DNA of 64,000 nucleotides from Octopus vulgaris (Eukaryota): contig OX597838.1 of NCBI GenBank assembly GCA_951406725.2, positions 1,798,001-1,862,000 of the forward strand, written 5' to 3'. The notes under the pieces are model-generated. The model was not told the origin of the DNA, made no database searches, and saw nothing but the letters and a program-made list of their open reading frames with translations. The translations under genes and the position numbers were made by a program. Below, piece by piece: positions 44,028 through 59,460 of the stretch (positions are counted from its first letter, which is position 1; each line of letters begins with the position of its first letter).

Positions 44028-44951
44028 CACATTACAAAAATACTGAAAGTAACGTTTTCTTAACAACCACAAATACATAAGATTCTACAACTGATCAACG
44101 TGGTTTATAAATTCGAGTGAAAATATAAAAGTAATAAACTTCACGATTACGACTGTTATATTGGCCATAATAGTGCAACGCCCGCCTGGTCACTCATCAT
44201 GCATTTAAAACAAGGAGCGATTAGAACTGACTGCATCAGACAACACCAAGTAAGTATATACTAAAACCTTGGTATATACTTAAAAGTACGTCTATCATAT
44301 TAGTGAATTACTAGAAAAATAGACGAGTAATGGTGGGAATACCCACAATGCTATTCACTGGTGAATAACGATAAACATTCGTCTCCTGATGTAGAAGAAA
44401 TACCTGCACGAATTCTAATGTGACTGCTTGGTGAGCAGAAACACCTTTCAGAAGGTGCGTCCGAGAAGGTCTAGAAACGTTGATGATGGATTATAAACTT
44501 TCCGATTCAAAAATTCCACAAAGGATTCGCCGAAAAACTGAAAGACTTTTTTATATAACTGAAAATGCGTGCTTTTGGATGTGACAGACACACGGACGTT
44601 CTGAGAGAATCTGGACAACACATGTATGCACATATACATACACGCATACACTGACATGCACACACACATAGACACACACATGTACATACACAGATAAACG
44701 TACACACACGCATGCACGAACCTCTTCCTGACGACCAAACAGATAACAGTGCATGTAACCTCCACGCCAGCGAGAGAGCCATTCGGAAAGTAACGAATCG
44801 CAAACAGAAACTCTGCATTATGACAGTTATAATTTTAATTATATTCTACTTAATTATCGTTCTAATGAATTTACAGTTTTAATTGGTCTCTTGGTAAGTA
44901 AGTGAAAATGTACGACGTTTGATTCCAGACAAGAGTGTCGCTCTTCTGTTC

Positions 44952-45135
44952 GGCGATCTGGCAGAATCGTTAGCGCACCGGATGAAATACTTTGCCGTAT
45001 TTCACCCTTCGCTACGTTCTGAGTTCAAATTCCACCGAAGCCGCCTTTACTTTTCATCCTTTCAGGATCGATAAAATAAGTACCAGTTGAACACTGGGGT
45101 CGATGTACTCGCCTCATCCCCTCTCCCAAAATTGC
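44952..45135 (+). mobile_element. SINE family 2
   Basis: ggcgatctggcagaatcgttagcgcaccg...ctgagttcaaattccaccgaag...tcatcctttc...actggggtcgatgta. More decayed copies lie at ~33866-33970 and ~45415-45490. Confidence 0.8.
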
Positions 45136-45495
45136 TCTCCTTGCGGCAATATTTTGAGGCCATTATTATTATTATTTCTATTGTTTGCACTGTGATTCCT
45201 GCAATTGACAACAAGTGGCTGAGTATCTCACGAACTATTTTCACCGTATTTGTTTCGGTTCTTTACCGTTTCAACTCGATTCTCGCCGATGTCACTTTTG
45301 CCTTTGAGTTTTCTGGGATCGAATTTAGCCCAAACAAATGTGTGGGGCCGATTTAATCAGCTACTCCCCGACCCTTACAAAGTTGTGGCCTTCAGCTTAT
45401 GTGAGAAATTATAAGGGTGATGGAGTGGCAGAATCGTCAGAGCATCCGATCAAATTCGTTGCGTTAGTTTCTTCCGGTTTTTTACAGCCTGAGAA

Positions 45496-45549
<54 letters not shown>

Positions 45550-46188
45550 GGTGAAGTGGAAAGAAAGAAAGAGCGAATGTGGGATGAACGTGGTTTAATT
45601 CATGGATTTTCGCGTTCGAATCCCGCCTGTGTTACTATTGTCTTTCATGGTTATAGAAATGGATAAAATCGATTCCTTTTGCAGGAATTAATCAGACACG
45701 AAAGGGTAAAAGCCATGACATCTTTAGGGTCTTCCAGACTGATAGGAACCCTTAGTATACCAGAGATATGTTCCTAATTCCTGTACTTCATTAAAGCTAC
45801 ACCAGGTATTCAATCCGGAGTGCAATAAGTGTGCCACTCCAACAAAAAAGGGCGGTTCCTTAAACACTGCATTCTTGTACCTGGAACTTGACCAGGAACT
45901 CTGGTAGAAGACACAAACACAAGGTATGGCACAGAGACGCAGTGGCGCAGTGGTGCTCAATCGGAAGCTACGGACTGGCGAAAGGACATCCCAGCCGCAC
46001 TACCATGTCTCCATCTAATCCCATACACCAACCACCCACAGCTACTCAAGTACCTATAACACTGGGATGGAATCGGTTGGTTTACACGGCACCCATTAGC
46101 AGTAACGTCCTTGTCTCAAACGATTCCAATAATTGTAAGTTTTGTTTAAAATATACACAACAATCAAATTGAATGGCGTAAAGAGAGA

Positions 46189-46238
<50 letters not shown>

Positions 46239-46271
46239 TATATAAATGTATATATATACATATATATATAA

Positions 46272-46320
<49 letters not shown>

Positions 46321-46414
46321 TACATATATATATATGGATATATTTATATACATATATGTATATATATACATATATTTATATATATATATACATATATATA
46401 TAAATATATATACA

Positions 46415-46463
<49 letters not shown>

Positions 46464-46507
46464 AGGGATATATACATACATGTATAGAGGTACACATATA
46501 CACACTC

Positions 46508-46565
<58 letters not shown>

Positions 46566-46669
46566 CCTCATGCATTAGAGCAATAAAAATGATTGTTGGT
46601 TGTATTAAATCATTCCAAAAGGAGTTACGCATCCAATGGAGTTGCGTGTCGCCACATTTACATATATGT

Positions 46670-46875
<206 letters not shown>

Positions 46876-47006
46876 CCGTCTCTTTGTCTTTTAGTCTCTG
46901 TTCATGTCTATTTCTTTCATTCATTTTCCAATTTCCTTCTCTCTCCCTCTCTCTCTCTTCTTCTCAATAAATATGTGTTTGCATATATATGTGCATGTTT
47001 GAATAT

Positions 47007-47062
<56 letters not shown>

Positions 47063-47297
47063 TGAAAGCCACAGCAGTACAGATGAAGCAACAATCCAGA
47101 TGAATTTCACCGAAAACAAATAACTTTTCCCTTAACGAAAGAAAGCAGAACTTAAGAACTTCGCTATATTTCGATAAATTACGGGTTGCGATGACCGTGG
47201 TTAATGGAAGTGAAAGGGCTTCGTTGCTGGGTTAGGGTCCATAAAGACAGGCGCCAGTCACATCACCAAATACCCACTTCTTTTTGACATCTTCATT

Positions 47298-47336
<39 letters not shown>

Positions 47337-47526
47337 CCAGCAATGAAATCTGATGATATGAATATGAGCATTCTTATACATTCCCGATTTCCTGTTATAC
47401 CAACACCATTTACCTCCCCTTTCACGATTTGTTTTAGTTGCTATCTTCCATTCTGTGTCTCTCTCACTTTTCTGTTTCCCTGACCAAAGTTACTATTTTA
47501 TAATGCTAGTAATTTTTAATATCATT

Positions 47527-47570
<44 letters not shown>

Positions 47571-48196
47571 AAGCTCACACACATACACACACATGTGGGT
47601 ATACAAATATATATATACATTTAGATAGATTGATGGCTTGTACATATAGTCAATATATACACATACTAAACTCACACACACATTGAATATATCCCAAGGC
47701 AAGCTTGGCTTTGGGCTATTTGCATTTTCTAGCGGTACATTTCATAGTTATAGTTGAATTTTTATTATAAATATTCCAGTATTAATAGAAGAGAAAGGAA
47801 TAGTAGGGCTCTCGGTTACGCATGTGACCATCTTCAGCGGTTTCTTATCAGGTTTATGAGTTTTCATTAGTTGCAAAGGGGTTTATAAACACTTAGCAAA
47901 TCCAAAGATGGAGGTTAGTTAAGATTAATTGTGTGGCAATTAGATCGAATAAGAAGTTGAAAGTGAGAAGTAAATATTTAGGGCATTTTAATTGGATGGC
48001 GTGAGAACATCAGAACGAGGCTTTTGCACTGCTATATATATGTGTGTGTATGTATATATGAATATATATGTGTATATATATATATGTATATATATGTGAG
48101 TTTGTGTGTATATGTATATATATATATGAATATATATGTGTATATATATATGCATATATATACATATATATATGTATGTATATATTTATATATATA

Positions 48197-48227
<31 letters not shown>

Positions 48228-48918
48228 ATAAAGAAGAACATAAATGGGTTTTAAAATTTACCTGTTTTGGTAGAAATTTTTCGACGTATTCCTAGATTCC
48301 CTCTTTGCATGTATTCCACCGACATCAGGTGAGATCCTACCGAAACAGAAGAAGTCGTAAGTTTGACTCATCATTTGTGTTCCTTTTTAACCCACGCCAG
48401 AACCCTTGGAACCAGCAATGAGTTGAATCTACGATTCAAATTGGATTTCCTACTTATATATCTACATTATCTTTCCAACAGATAATACCTTCAAGGTTGC
48501 TTTATCTTACTGTGAAACCCATATTATCGTACCTGGCCATTTCTGGCCACCACCCCTACACATTGACATGCGTAGATTCTATTGAATCCTATAAGTCGTA
48601 TATTAGACAGGAAATTCTCTGCATACTTTTAATATATATATTTATATATATATACAATATACACACACATTCTACACATATATGCATGCCTATATCTATC
48701 TATGTATCTCTTTCTCTCTCTCTTTATATATATATATATTTATATAACACCAAGTAAGTTTGGGGTTGTGGATCCAACCAACTAAGGGATAATACCTATC
48801 CAATATACTGTTGGTATAATACCCAAATTATTAATACACAAGTGTTTTTAATTGCAATGCAATAAACTTACTTATTGTATTAAATGGGTGAAGGTAAAGA
48901 AATATTTTACCCTTAATT

Positions 48919-49430
48919 TATATTACAAATAAGAAAATGGAGAAACACATTAGTTGGTTTATCAGCTTTAGAATATTAGGATATTGGAATGTTGACTTAT
49001 TTATTTGTCAAAACAAGAACCACCATACATATATACATTAAATACATATAAGATAAGAATACAATTATAAAAACCTTTATATAAGTTATTGGAATCATTG
49101 AAATCACTCTTACAGCTGTTTCAGCCTCTGGAAAAAGTAATTTGTTCTGCTCATACAAGTCAATTTATTGAGGTTGTCGGCAGTTAAAAACGAGGTACTT
49201 ATATATTGTATGAGCATAACAAATGACTTTTTCCATAGGCTGAAACAGGTGTAAGAGTGATTTCAATGATTCCAATAATTTATATTAAGGTTTTTATAAT
49301 TGTATTCTTATCTTATATGTATTTAATGTATTTATGTATTGTGGTTCTCGTTTTGTTAAATAAATAAGTCAACATCCTAATATCCTAAAGTTGATAAACC
49401 AGCTAAATTGTTTTTCCATTTTCTTATTTG

Positions 49431-49437
<7 letters not shown>
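48919..49437. repeat. Long fold-back inverted repeat (~240-bp arms, 47-nt loop), Penelope pLTR-like
   Basis: 48919-49158 pairs with 49206-49437 with scattered mismatches. Both arms contain GAAACAG(C/G)TGTA. Confidence 0.85.
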
Positions 49438-49486
<49 letters not shown>

Positions 49487-50465
49487 GTATACATTTATAT
49501 ATATGTATGTATATATACATATACATATACATATACATATATTACTTTGCAAGCGCTGATGGTTTTGCGTTTTGGCTTTCCAAACATGGAAGCATCATGG
49601 ATGCATGTTATGTGTGCATTGGTACACTGCTTAGAGTGTTGTTCACGAATGACCAAACTTACAACAACTTTATACTGTTGGTAAGTTGTAATGTCTATTC
49701 GTATTTCACATTGGTGACCCTCTAGAAAAACCAAATTCATAATTCTAGTAAGAGAAAGAGAATTATTTGGAGTTTATTGTTTCTTTATAAAACCAGCCAA
49801 TGAAAATAACGGAGTGCACTAGGCAACGCTGTGAATCTAAAACCAGACGTAACCTTACATTATATTTTCAATCCAACTACAGCCACCATTCTAGTCAACG
49901 ACCCAGATAATCCCTGACTGTAGATGACTTGTTAGATTTACGTATCACATTAGCTTATATTAACGTTAAGCCCTGTCACAACAGGGTCAACACAGCGGCA
50001 CAGAATAGAAGCATCTGCGTTAAATTGGATGAAAATCTTTTCTATCACGGGTAACATTAGAGCCTATATTATAAATAAACAAGATGCTCACAGACACACA
50101 CACACACACATGCTTAGTAGTTTACACACGTATAAACGTTTTTTAGAGACACAGATACCTCTAGATATGCAGATGCATACTAACACACATATATATATCT
50201 ATGTGTGTGCGTGTGTGTATCATTTGGGAAGGCCTCAACAAGTAGAATCGCACTCGATCAGCAAGCAGAGTAAAGATAATGTTATAATGAAACCATGAAC
50301 CTTGTTAAATATTGCTACCAAGGGTTTTCTGGCTTTGAAAATGTTTTATTTCCCAGTTTGAAAAATGGTGAAGTGAATTAGTATTTCGATCAGTAAAACC
50401 CTCGGAAGCTGAACTTATCAAGCTTTGTGGGTTTCTTTGAACATTATATATATGTATATATATAC

Positions 50466-50507
<42 letters not shown>

Positions 50508-50744
50508 TGCCTTCATACTTGTGTGTTCGAGGCTCGAACACACAAGTGCAAACAAGCGAAAAGCAGATACATTGAACACTACTATAATATATATATATAC
50601 ATATATATATAAATATATAAATATTTTAGCATACACACATATGTATATACATATATACATATGTGTATATATATATATATGTACATATATGTAAATACAT
50701 ACATATATACATACATAAATATATATATACATCCATATATATAA

Positions 50745-50783
<39 letters not shown>

Positions 50784-50809
50784 AATATATATATGCATAT
50801 ATATATATA

Positions 50810-50857
<48 letters not shown>

Positions 50858-51191
50858 TATTTATATATATAGATATATTTATACATATGTATATTTCCTC
50901 AATACATACAATTCCTCAGTTTGTATTTAATGTGTGTGTGCGTGCGTCTGTGTGTGGGTTCCTTTAATAGATTTGTCTTTTACAGAAAGCTTACCAAGAA
51001 GCTTATCCCCCTCCATGTCCTTGTATTGAGTACTTGCCTTCAATGTGGTTAACCCTATTTTCACTAACAGACACTTTGAATTACATATATATATACTTAC
51101 ATACATTCATAGACATACACACACACACGCACACACACACACACATAGAAAGATATATACACAAATACGTATATATATATAGTGCGTGTGT

Positions 51192-51223
<32 letters not shown>

Positions 51224-51238
51224 TATATAATATATATG

Positions 51239-51285
<47 letters not shown>

Positions 51286-51867
51286 TATATGCACAATATA
51301 TGTATATATACACACACACACATACACACAATCACAGAGAAGTCTGTCCACAGAGAGAGATTCTCATATTTTGATAATCAAACTATGACCCACGCTTGCA
51401 TATCCGCATACACCCATAGACAATTCCATACTCACATGACCACCACAACAATCGCACACACACACACACACACACACCACCGTACATCAATGATCCTACA
51501 GTTTTTTAAACAATTTTTCCTTTACTAAATTATTGATATATGTTTTTTTTTTCTTTTTGTCTTTCAACTTTTTTTTTCTTTGTTATTTTGTAAAATCGAA
51601 GCAACAATTATTCCAATAAAGACGATTTGGAAATTACTTTTTTATGTTGTCTATTTTTTTATATTATTGTATTTCTATTTTGTTCATTAATTTTCACCTT
51701 CCTGAAGAGATGTGACTGTTCACAGGTTCGTATCACAGTTAGCACTGACCTTGCATTTATTCTCCTTGGCCAACACAATTCATGTTTGATGTCTGCGAGT
51801 TGCATTCTGTGGTGTGAAGGAGATGTATATTATATGCGTTGTGAGTTAAGAATCGGATTTGGTATAC

Positions 51868-52011
51868 GGTGTGGCTGTGGGGTAAGAAGCTTGCTTCCCA
51901 ACCACACAGTTCACGGTTCGGTCCAACTACCTGGCACCTTGGGTGATTGTCTTTTACTATAGCCTCGAGATTTCGCAGACGGAAACTAAAAGAAGCCCGT
52001 AGTGTTTCTAC

Positions 52012-52055
<44 letters not shown>

Positions 52056-52058
52056 ATA

Positions 52059-52097
<39 letters not shown>

Positions 52098-52225
52098 GCT
52101 GCTGAAGCGCTAAGTTGCGGGGATGCAAACACATCAACACCGGTTGTCAAGCGTTGGTGGTGGTGGTGATGGTGGGGACAAATACAGACATAAGCACACA
52201 CACACACACATAGATGTACGTATAC

Positions 52226-52258
<33 letters not shown>

Positions 52259-52455
52259 CTTATGTCTGTATTTGTCCCCACCATCACCACCAACGCTTGA
52301 CAACCGGTGTTGATGTGTTTGCATCCCCGCAACTTAGCGCTTCAGCAGCCGATAGGATAATTACCAAGCTTTACAAATAAGCACTGTGGTGGATTCATTC
52401 GACTAAAAATTAAAGGCGGTGCCCCAGTATGGCCGCAATCTAATGATTGAAACCA
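51868..52455 (+). mobile_element. SINE family 1 carrying an internal inverted duplication of its tail
   Basis: Head gtggctgtggggtaagaagcttgcttcccaaccac at ~51870, internal microsatellite, tail ending aaaggcggtgccccagtatggccgcaatctaatgattgaaac. Confidence 0.85.
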
Positions 52456-52599
52456 GTCTCTATCGGAGACACTTATCTCTATGCCGTTATTATTGTCTTA
52501 CCTCTCAACTGACCCGTTTTTCGCGGTTCCACTCCCCCCCCCCCCAACAGACTTGTCATTTCTGATGGTGTCGAGACTCTTGTGGTGGGATTAGGAAGG

Positions 52600-52760
52600 C
52601 AACAAGCCGAAGCAGACAATGGGGCCCGGTGCAGCCCTCCAGCTTGTCAGCTCCTGTTAACCCGTCCAACCCATGCCAGCGTGGAAAAAAGACGTTAAAT
52701 GATGATGATGAGGATGAGGATGATGATAGTCAAGATGATGATGATGACGACGACGATGAT
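52600..52760 (+). mobile_element. 3' end of an RTE-type SINE/LINE with (GAT)n tail
   Basis: ccgtccaacccatgccagcgtggaaaaaagacgttaaa followed directly by (TGA)n. Confidence 0.5.
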
Positions 52761-53252
52761 ATTACATATTGGATCCTTTATGGCGGGAGAGGAAGAGGGG
52801 GACGGGTGGACATGAAGGAATTCCAGATGAAGCAATTAGAAGGAAGAACAAAGGCGACAGACTTGTGTCGTCTTTACAACATTGTCACATGTCAGGTGAC
52901 TGTGACGTAAACGTTAATCCTTTAATTGCGAACGAAACACACACACACACACATGTATGTTTGTGTGTGTGTGTGTGTGTGTGTGTAACTGCCTGTATGT
53001 ATTTGTGGTGTATGAGTGAGTGGCTTCTGTTTAAAGACGAGCATAATTGAGACCCACAAACCCCCGCACCCGACACTAAAATCCCTTCTTAAGGTGTGTC
53101 GTCCTCTCATCTTCATCCGCCATTACGTTTCAATCGCGTTTATTACTTTAATTTAATTTTCTTCCCATAATATCCTGCTCAGGTCTTTTACCTTTTCACA
53201 CACCCCTATCCTCCTCCTCCGCCTCACGACGACGACGACGACGACCACCACC

Positions 53253-53297
<45 letters not shown>

Positions 53298-53432
53298 TCC
53301 CTCTCCTCCGCTTCACTCTGCAAAATATCATTCGATATCTCTCCCTTTCCCTTGTGTCTTTATTAATTCCTTATCTCCCTCATCGCACTCCGCCATCTAA
53401 CCCCCGCTTCTCTCCCCCTTGTCCCCCTTCTC

Positions 53433-53474
<42 letters not shown>

Positions 53475-53584
53475 AAGTGTCAATTATAAATTCTTCACTG
53501 TAACCCCATCTGGAATTAGCAAATGATGAGGCCACTTCTGTTACAACAGGAGAACATGCCTGCCAGCTAGTTAAACGCCACATC

Positions 53585-53642
<58 letters not shown>

Positions 53643-55279
53643 ATACATCTGTGAAATCTTTAAGTTTTGACACTATTTTGTCGAAAATGAAATATTTTCC
53701 ATGATAGAAAAAAATAAATATTTAAATCTTGAACAGCAATAAATTATATTTTATAGATTTAGAAAACAAATAACTTCTTTTATAATTATTTCCTAAAACA
53801 TCAATTGATATTCTTTGTTACATTTTGACACATAAAATATTTTCACTGTTTTAATTTTAACCGATTTTCTTTCAGTTCAGTATTTGGTTTATTATCTTTG
53901 TTGTTTACCGCCCACATTTGAAATGTCCTTATTTAGTTCTGATACGGTGTTTGTTTGAATGCTTAAAGACACAGACAAATATTTGGTGTGTTTAGCTATT
54001 CTGATTGTTTTTCCATTGGTGACACACAAATATAGACTCTATTAGAAACACAATGACAAGAATGGAATCTAATGAAACGAAACCGAATGAAAATGCGACA
54101 AAAAAAACAAAAAAAAACAGGAAGAAATATTTAAAAGATGACAAAAACGCAGATTTTATTGCAAAAAAATTGGTGATATTTTAGAAATAATTGGGAAGAT
54201 AATTTAATTGAAAGACAAGTTTTAATAATGAAAATATTTGATGTCTTTTCACGAAAATACTAGAAAAGGAATTTAGTTAAAAATAACGAAGAACGTGTAG
54301 AGTGGTCCTTTCGGGGTTAGTTCAGTTTTGTTCAGGTTAGACTTAATAAAGGAGTCGATTTGCAATGATAGTCACACGAATTCAAACAGAGTATGAGAAT
54401 AACAGATATGAGACGTGTATGATATGAAGGACCAGAGAAATGTGTTATTTATTAATATCTAATTGTATAAGGGACACTTCTGTCATCATCAGGACATTTA
54501 AAAGGCGTTCGATTGAAAAGAGTCACGTGGTGCATGTTAGATGCTTTTCTTATTTATTGGAGATCCTTAAATTATGGTTTTTACTTTCACTTTTGTTGTT
54601 ACATTTACCTTAAGTGATATTGAAAAACTATGCTTTTAAAGTTGTGTCAAGTTCCATGTCTGTATTTGATGGAACCGAATCTACTCTTAGAAATGGTGAT
54701 TTGAGTTTGTGAAAAACCTTGGAGCGGTAGAGGAAAATGGATTTCATTTTTGAAAACAAGCAACTCAAGATAACTAGGAAGCAACAAAAACCCTTTTCCC
54801 TTGGTGTAATTAGTCGGTAGCTAACCTTAAAGTAACGCCCTTCACAGTGAAGTCGTGTAAAGTCTTGTAAAAGAAAATCTGTTAGATTCTTCAGTGCAGT
54901 CATCAGGTCAGAGGTTCGATTGTGGACTTGAGCCACGGATTAATCTTTCAACCACAAACAATTATAGGTACCTTATGAGGTGACAAGACAGATCACGTGC
55001 AAAAGTACCTGGAATTTAGATAAGGAAAACGACTCAGCGAAAGGTGCAGGGAGTATTGGAACAAATTGAAAAGGGGATTTCCGTCGAAATTTCACCTTAC
55101 GTGATTTACTGTATTGCATTTGTCGATGTTGTTGTGTGGAAGCAAAGCAGCGGCGCTCGCGGAACTCTTCTGATGTTTCTCATAAAACTTTATTTGTCAA
55201 TAAACTGAGATCTGTTATCCTCAGTTTCCATGTTTCTTTTCTGAATTGTTCAAATTGAAAATGTCATCTAGAGAAAACC

Positions 55280-55341
55280 TGTATATATACATACATGCAC
55301 ATACACACGCACACACACACATACATACATACATACATACA

Positions 55342-55372
<31 letters not shown>

Positions 55373-55785
55373 GTACATACATAAATACTTGCCTGTATAC
55401 ATACATGAATGCATAAATATATACATTCATAAACACAGACGTACACACACACATACATACAAACACATACATATATATATACATGAATACATACATTTAT
55501 TCATATATGCAAATATAATACACACATATATACATAGATATATACATACACACATACATACATAAATATATATATATACAGACACAAATATAATACACAC
55601 ATATTCACATAGATATATACATACACACACATACATATATACATACAGACATACATGCATACATATATACATACAGACATATACACATACATGCATACAT
55701 ACATACATACATACATACATACATACATACATACATACATACATACATACATACATACATACATACATACATACATGCGTACATA
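55280..55785. repeat. (TACA)n-dominated compound microsatellite
   Basis: Direct reading. Similar tracts lie at 5190-5410, 13250-13710 and 16744-16860. Confidence 0.93.
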
Positions 55786-56128
55786 CAAGTTCAGCGGAAG
55801 GCAGTTAAGCCTCATGGAGAAAGGAACTTAAAACATTGCGAATGAGAATCGAAATTTTATGGGAATCATGAATGCAAGAAAAGCGAATTTATTTCGTTCT
55901 GGAAAACACCAACGACCGTTCACAAAGCAGAACAAAGGCGTTTTATCCCAATCATTGTTTTACACGCATGAATACACCATAAAAACAAATGTATGCACAC
56001 ACAGACACACATATACATAATATACCATACATCATATGTGTATGTATATATATCTATTTATCTATCTCTTTATATAAATATATATATATGTACAGATATA
56101 TATATATATACATATATACATATATATA

Positions 56129-56232
<104 letters not shown>

Positions 56233-56672
56233 GTAATGGAAAATGGAGACAAGCGTACAAAATGTTATTTAGATGTTATTTAGATCATTCATATCACCAT
56301 ATAATCCCCGACATATGTTTCGAGTGATGCATTAAAATAAATCCTTTCGTTGGTGACACAAATGATTTCATTACATCTTCAGCGTTTCTCTCCATTTCCT
56401 TTTTACTCTTAAGTTCTCCACGTCTCCTCACTTCTTCTCGGAATTATCACCCTTCAAAAATTTGATTATTAAGTTCTTAGACGCTTATCTAACATTTGGC
56501 TACCCTGGTAACTGTTCCACTGGATCTTCCCTCGTAAATTAAACATTTATATATCTTCTTCTTCGTATTGTTGTCGTTGTTGTTGTTGTTGTTGTTGTTC
56601 TTCTTCTTCTTCTTCTTCTTCTTCTTTTTCTTCTTCTTCTTCTTCTTCTTCTTTTTCTTGTCATCATCATTA

Positions 56673-56728
<56 letters not shown>

Positions 56729-57429
56729 ACAACAACAACAACATCTTTGTATGTGAGCAAGGAATACAGGTATTGCTTATCGCAGACGAAATGGTTGTCC
56801 TGGTTGGTCGGCGAGTTGGGAGCGACTGAAGGATTCCGTTTCTTCAATCAAGTTCCCTACCAAAGACGGCCAATCTTCAGATTTTCACCCAAAGCAGTCA
56901 ATCTGAAGATTTTTCCCATTTTCTTAGCACGAAATCAAGGGAACGGAGCAGCTGCGCATTCTACCCACCACCACCACCGCCACACACACGCACACATATA
57001 TATAGACGCATACATACATACATAAATACATATGTGTGTGTTTGTTTGAGTGAGTGTATGTTGTTTCTATCTAGGTATGATGTGATCGTTACTATGTATG
57101 TGTGAATATGTATACAAAATGCACATATACATAAACTGTGTTAATTTACTAATATATATATATACACACACACACACGCACACACAGATAGATAAATTTA
57201 TTTACGAATCTTTATACAGATATACAGTATGTGTAATGCAGTATGTTAGAGCAATGCGTGCACGCAATACATACACATACAAAGATAAATACATACGTAT
57301 ATATTTTTCCGTGTATCTGTGCGTGTAGATACACACTCACACGCCCACACACTCATACATACATACCCATATAAACATACATATGTATGCATGAATATAT
57401 GCATATGTATATGTGAGTGTGTGTGTATA

Positions 57430-57499
<70 letters not shown>

Positions 57500-57641
57500 A
57501 TAAAATAAAAAAGCACAGCGGAATACTTATCCACGTAGGATATAAATGTATTCTGCTTTCAAAATACCTCCTTAACTGTACATGTGTGGATGTGTGTAGG
57601 TATGCTTGTCCTGCTGTTTCACATGTTACTATATGTATATG

Positions 57642-57770
<129 letters not shown>

Positions 57771-57823
57771 GCATACATATTAATATATATATGTATATAT
57801 ATCTATATCTATCTATCTATCTA

Positions 57824-57893
<70 letters not shown>

Positions 57894-58116
57894 CATACAT
57901 ATATATATATATAATTACGCCCCCTTGTATTCTTCTGTGTCACATTTTCTTTTTTCTCTTTTTTTTTTTATTTTACCATTTTTCAATTTCTAAATCTTTA
58001 GTTTCTTTGCTTCTTGAAATTTTGTTTCCTTTCTCACCATTTTCCGCCATATTGTTCCTTACTACTCTATCCAAACTTTATCTATCTTGATGTACGTGCA
58101 AACACACACACACACA

Positions 58117-58176
<60 letters not shown>

Positions 58177-58257
58177 GGCCTAATGCAGCGTAACTCATTT
58201 ATTTTGATGCCCCTTTATCTCTTCTTGCCTCCAGCGTCATTTTTTTCCTGTGTCGTG

Positions 58258-58310
<53 letters not shown>

Positions 58311-58600
58311 GTTGTTGTTGTTGTTGTTGTTGTTGTAGTTGTTATTCGCCGTTGTATATTTTTCTGTTGTGGTTTTATATCTCTCTGCCATTGTTGTGAA
58401 TTATCATTTGCCTGTCCCTGTTATTCTTGTTATTCAAGCGTGTTTCGACTCCAACATCTACCTTGCTACAGAAAAAAACACTTCTGCGTTCCACACCGAT
58501 TTGGTAGCAGTGGTGGTCGTGGGGACTTGCCGGCAGTGGTAACGTTTGTAGTAGTAGTAGTCGTAGTCGTCGTCGTAGTAGCAGTCGTAGCAGCAGCAGC

Positions 58601-58654
<54 letters not shown>

Positions 58655-58709
58655 TGTGGTGTCGGTAGCTTTACTGGTAGCTTTTGCTGTGTATGCGTGT
58701 GTGGGTGTG

Positions 58710-58750
<41 letters not shown>

Positions 58751-58764
58751 ACGATATAATGTAG

Positions 58765-58819
58765 TGCAGTGTTAATGCAGTGTTGGTGCAGTGTTAATGC
58801 AGTGTTGGTGCAGTGTTAG
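58765..58819. repeat. 11-bp tandem repeat (tgcagtgttRR) x5
   Basis: Units end aa, gg, aa, gg, ag. Confidence 0.9.
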
Positions 58820-59232
58820 AACAGTGTGTGACAATTTGCTCCTTCCCATTGATTCGATGACCAAATCTCAGTAAAACAATTGTAATTTCGTTTCACGGTT
58901 GATCAGTTCCATCGCCATTTCCATTCTTCCGTGCACCGAGGGCTTCCAAGATCAATAAAGTTATGGTTTGATCGATTATTATTTGATTTGTTACATTGGA
59001 CAATCGCTAGAATTGTGTAAGTATATATATATATATATACATATATATGTCTCTACGTGTATATATGCATATGTGTGTATGCATGTATGTATGTGTATGC
59101 GTTTGCATACACACACAGTTACACTCGAATATTTATACATGCACATTCATCTTCTATCTTTAACTTGTTTCATTCAATGAACTGTGCCCATGCTGGGGCA
59201 TATACACACACATACATATATACATACATATA

Positions 59233-59328
<96 letters not shown>

Positions 59329-59409
59329 TCCCGGGTTGATACGGGGTTAACCACAGTAAGTAAGGTACTCAATACATAGCAGAGTAAAATTAATTTATTA
59401 TATAGAAGG

Positions 59410-59460
59410 AGCTTCTACAGGACTAGTACTGTTTCATTCAAGAGAAATCTTCAGGAAGCT
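59410..59460 (-). ncRNA. Type I hammerhead ribozyme motif (inverted copy)
   Basis: Exact reverse complement of 62314-62364. Confidence 0.75.

Noticed and set aside
56872-56911. 12-bp inverted repeat aatcttcagatt/aatctgaagatt containing CTGAAGA
   Set aside because: No properly placed GAAA or stem III, so it is not a hammerhead; AT-rich and plausibly chance.
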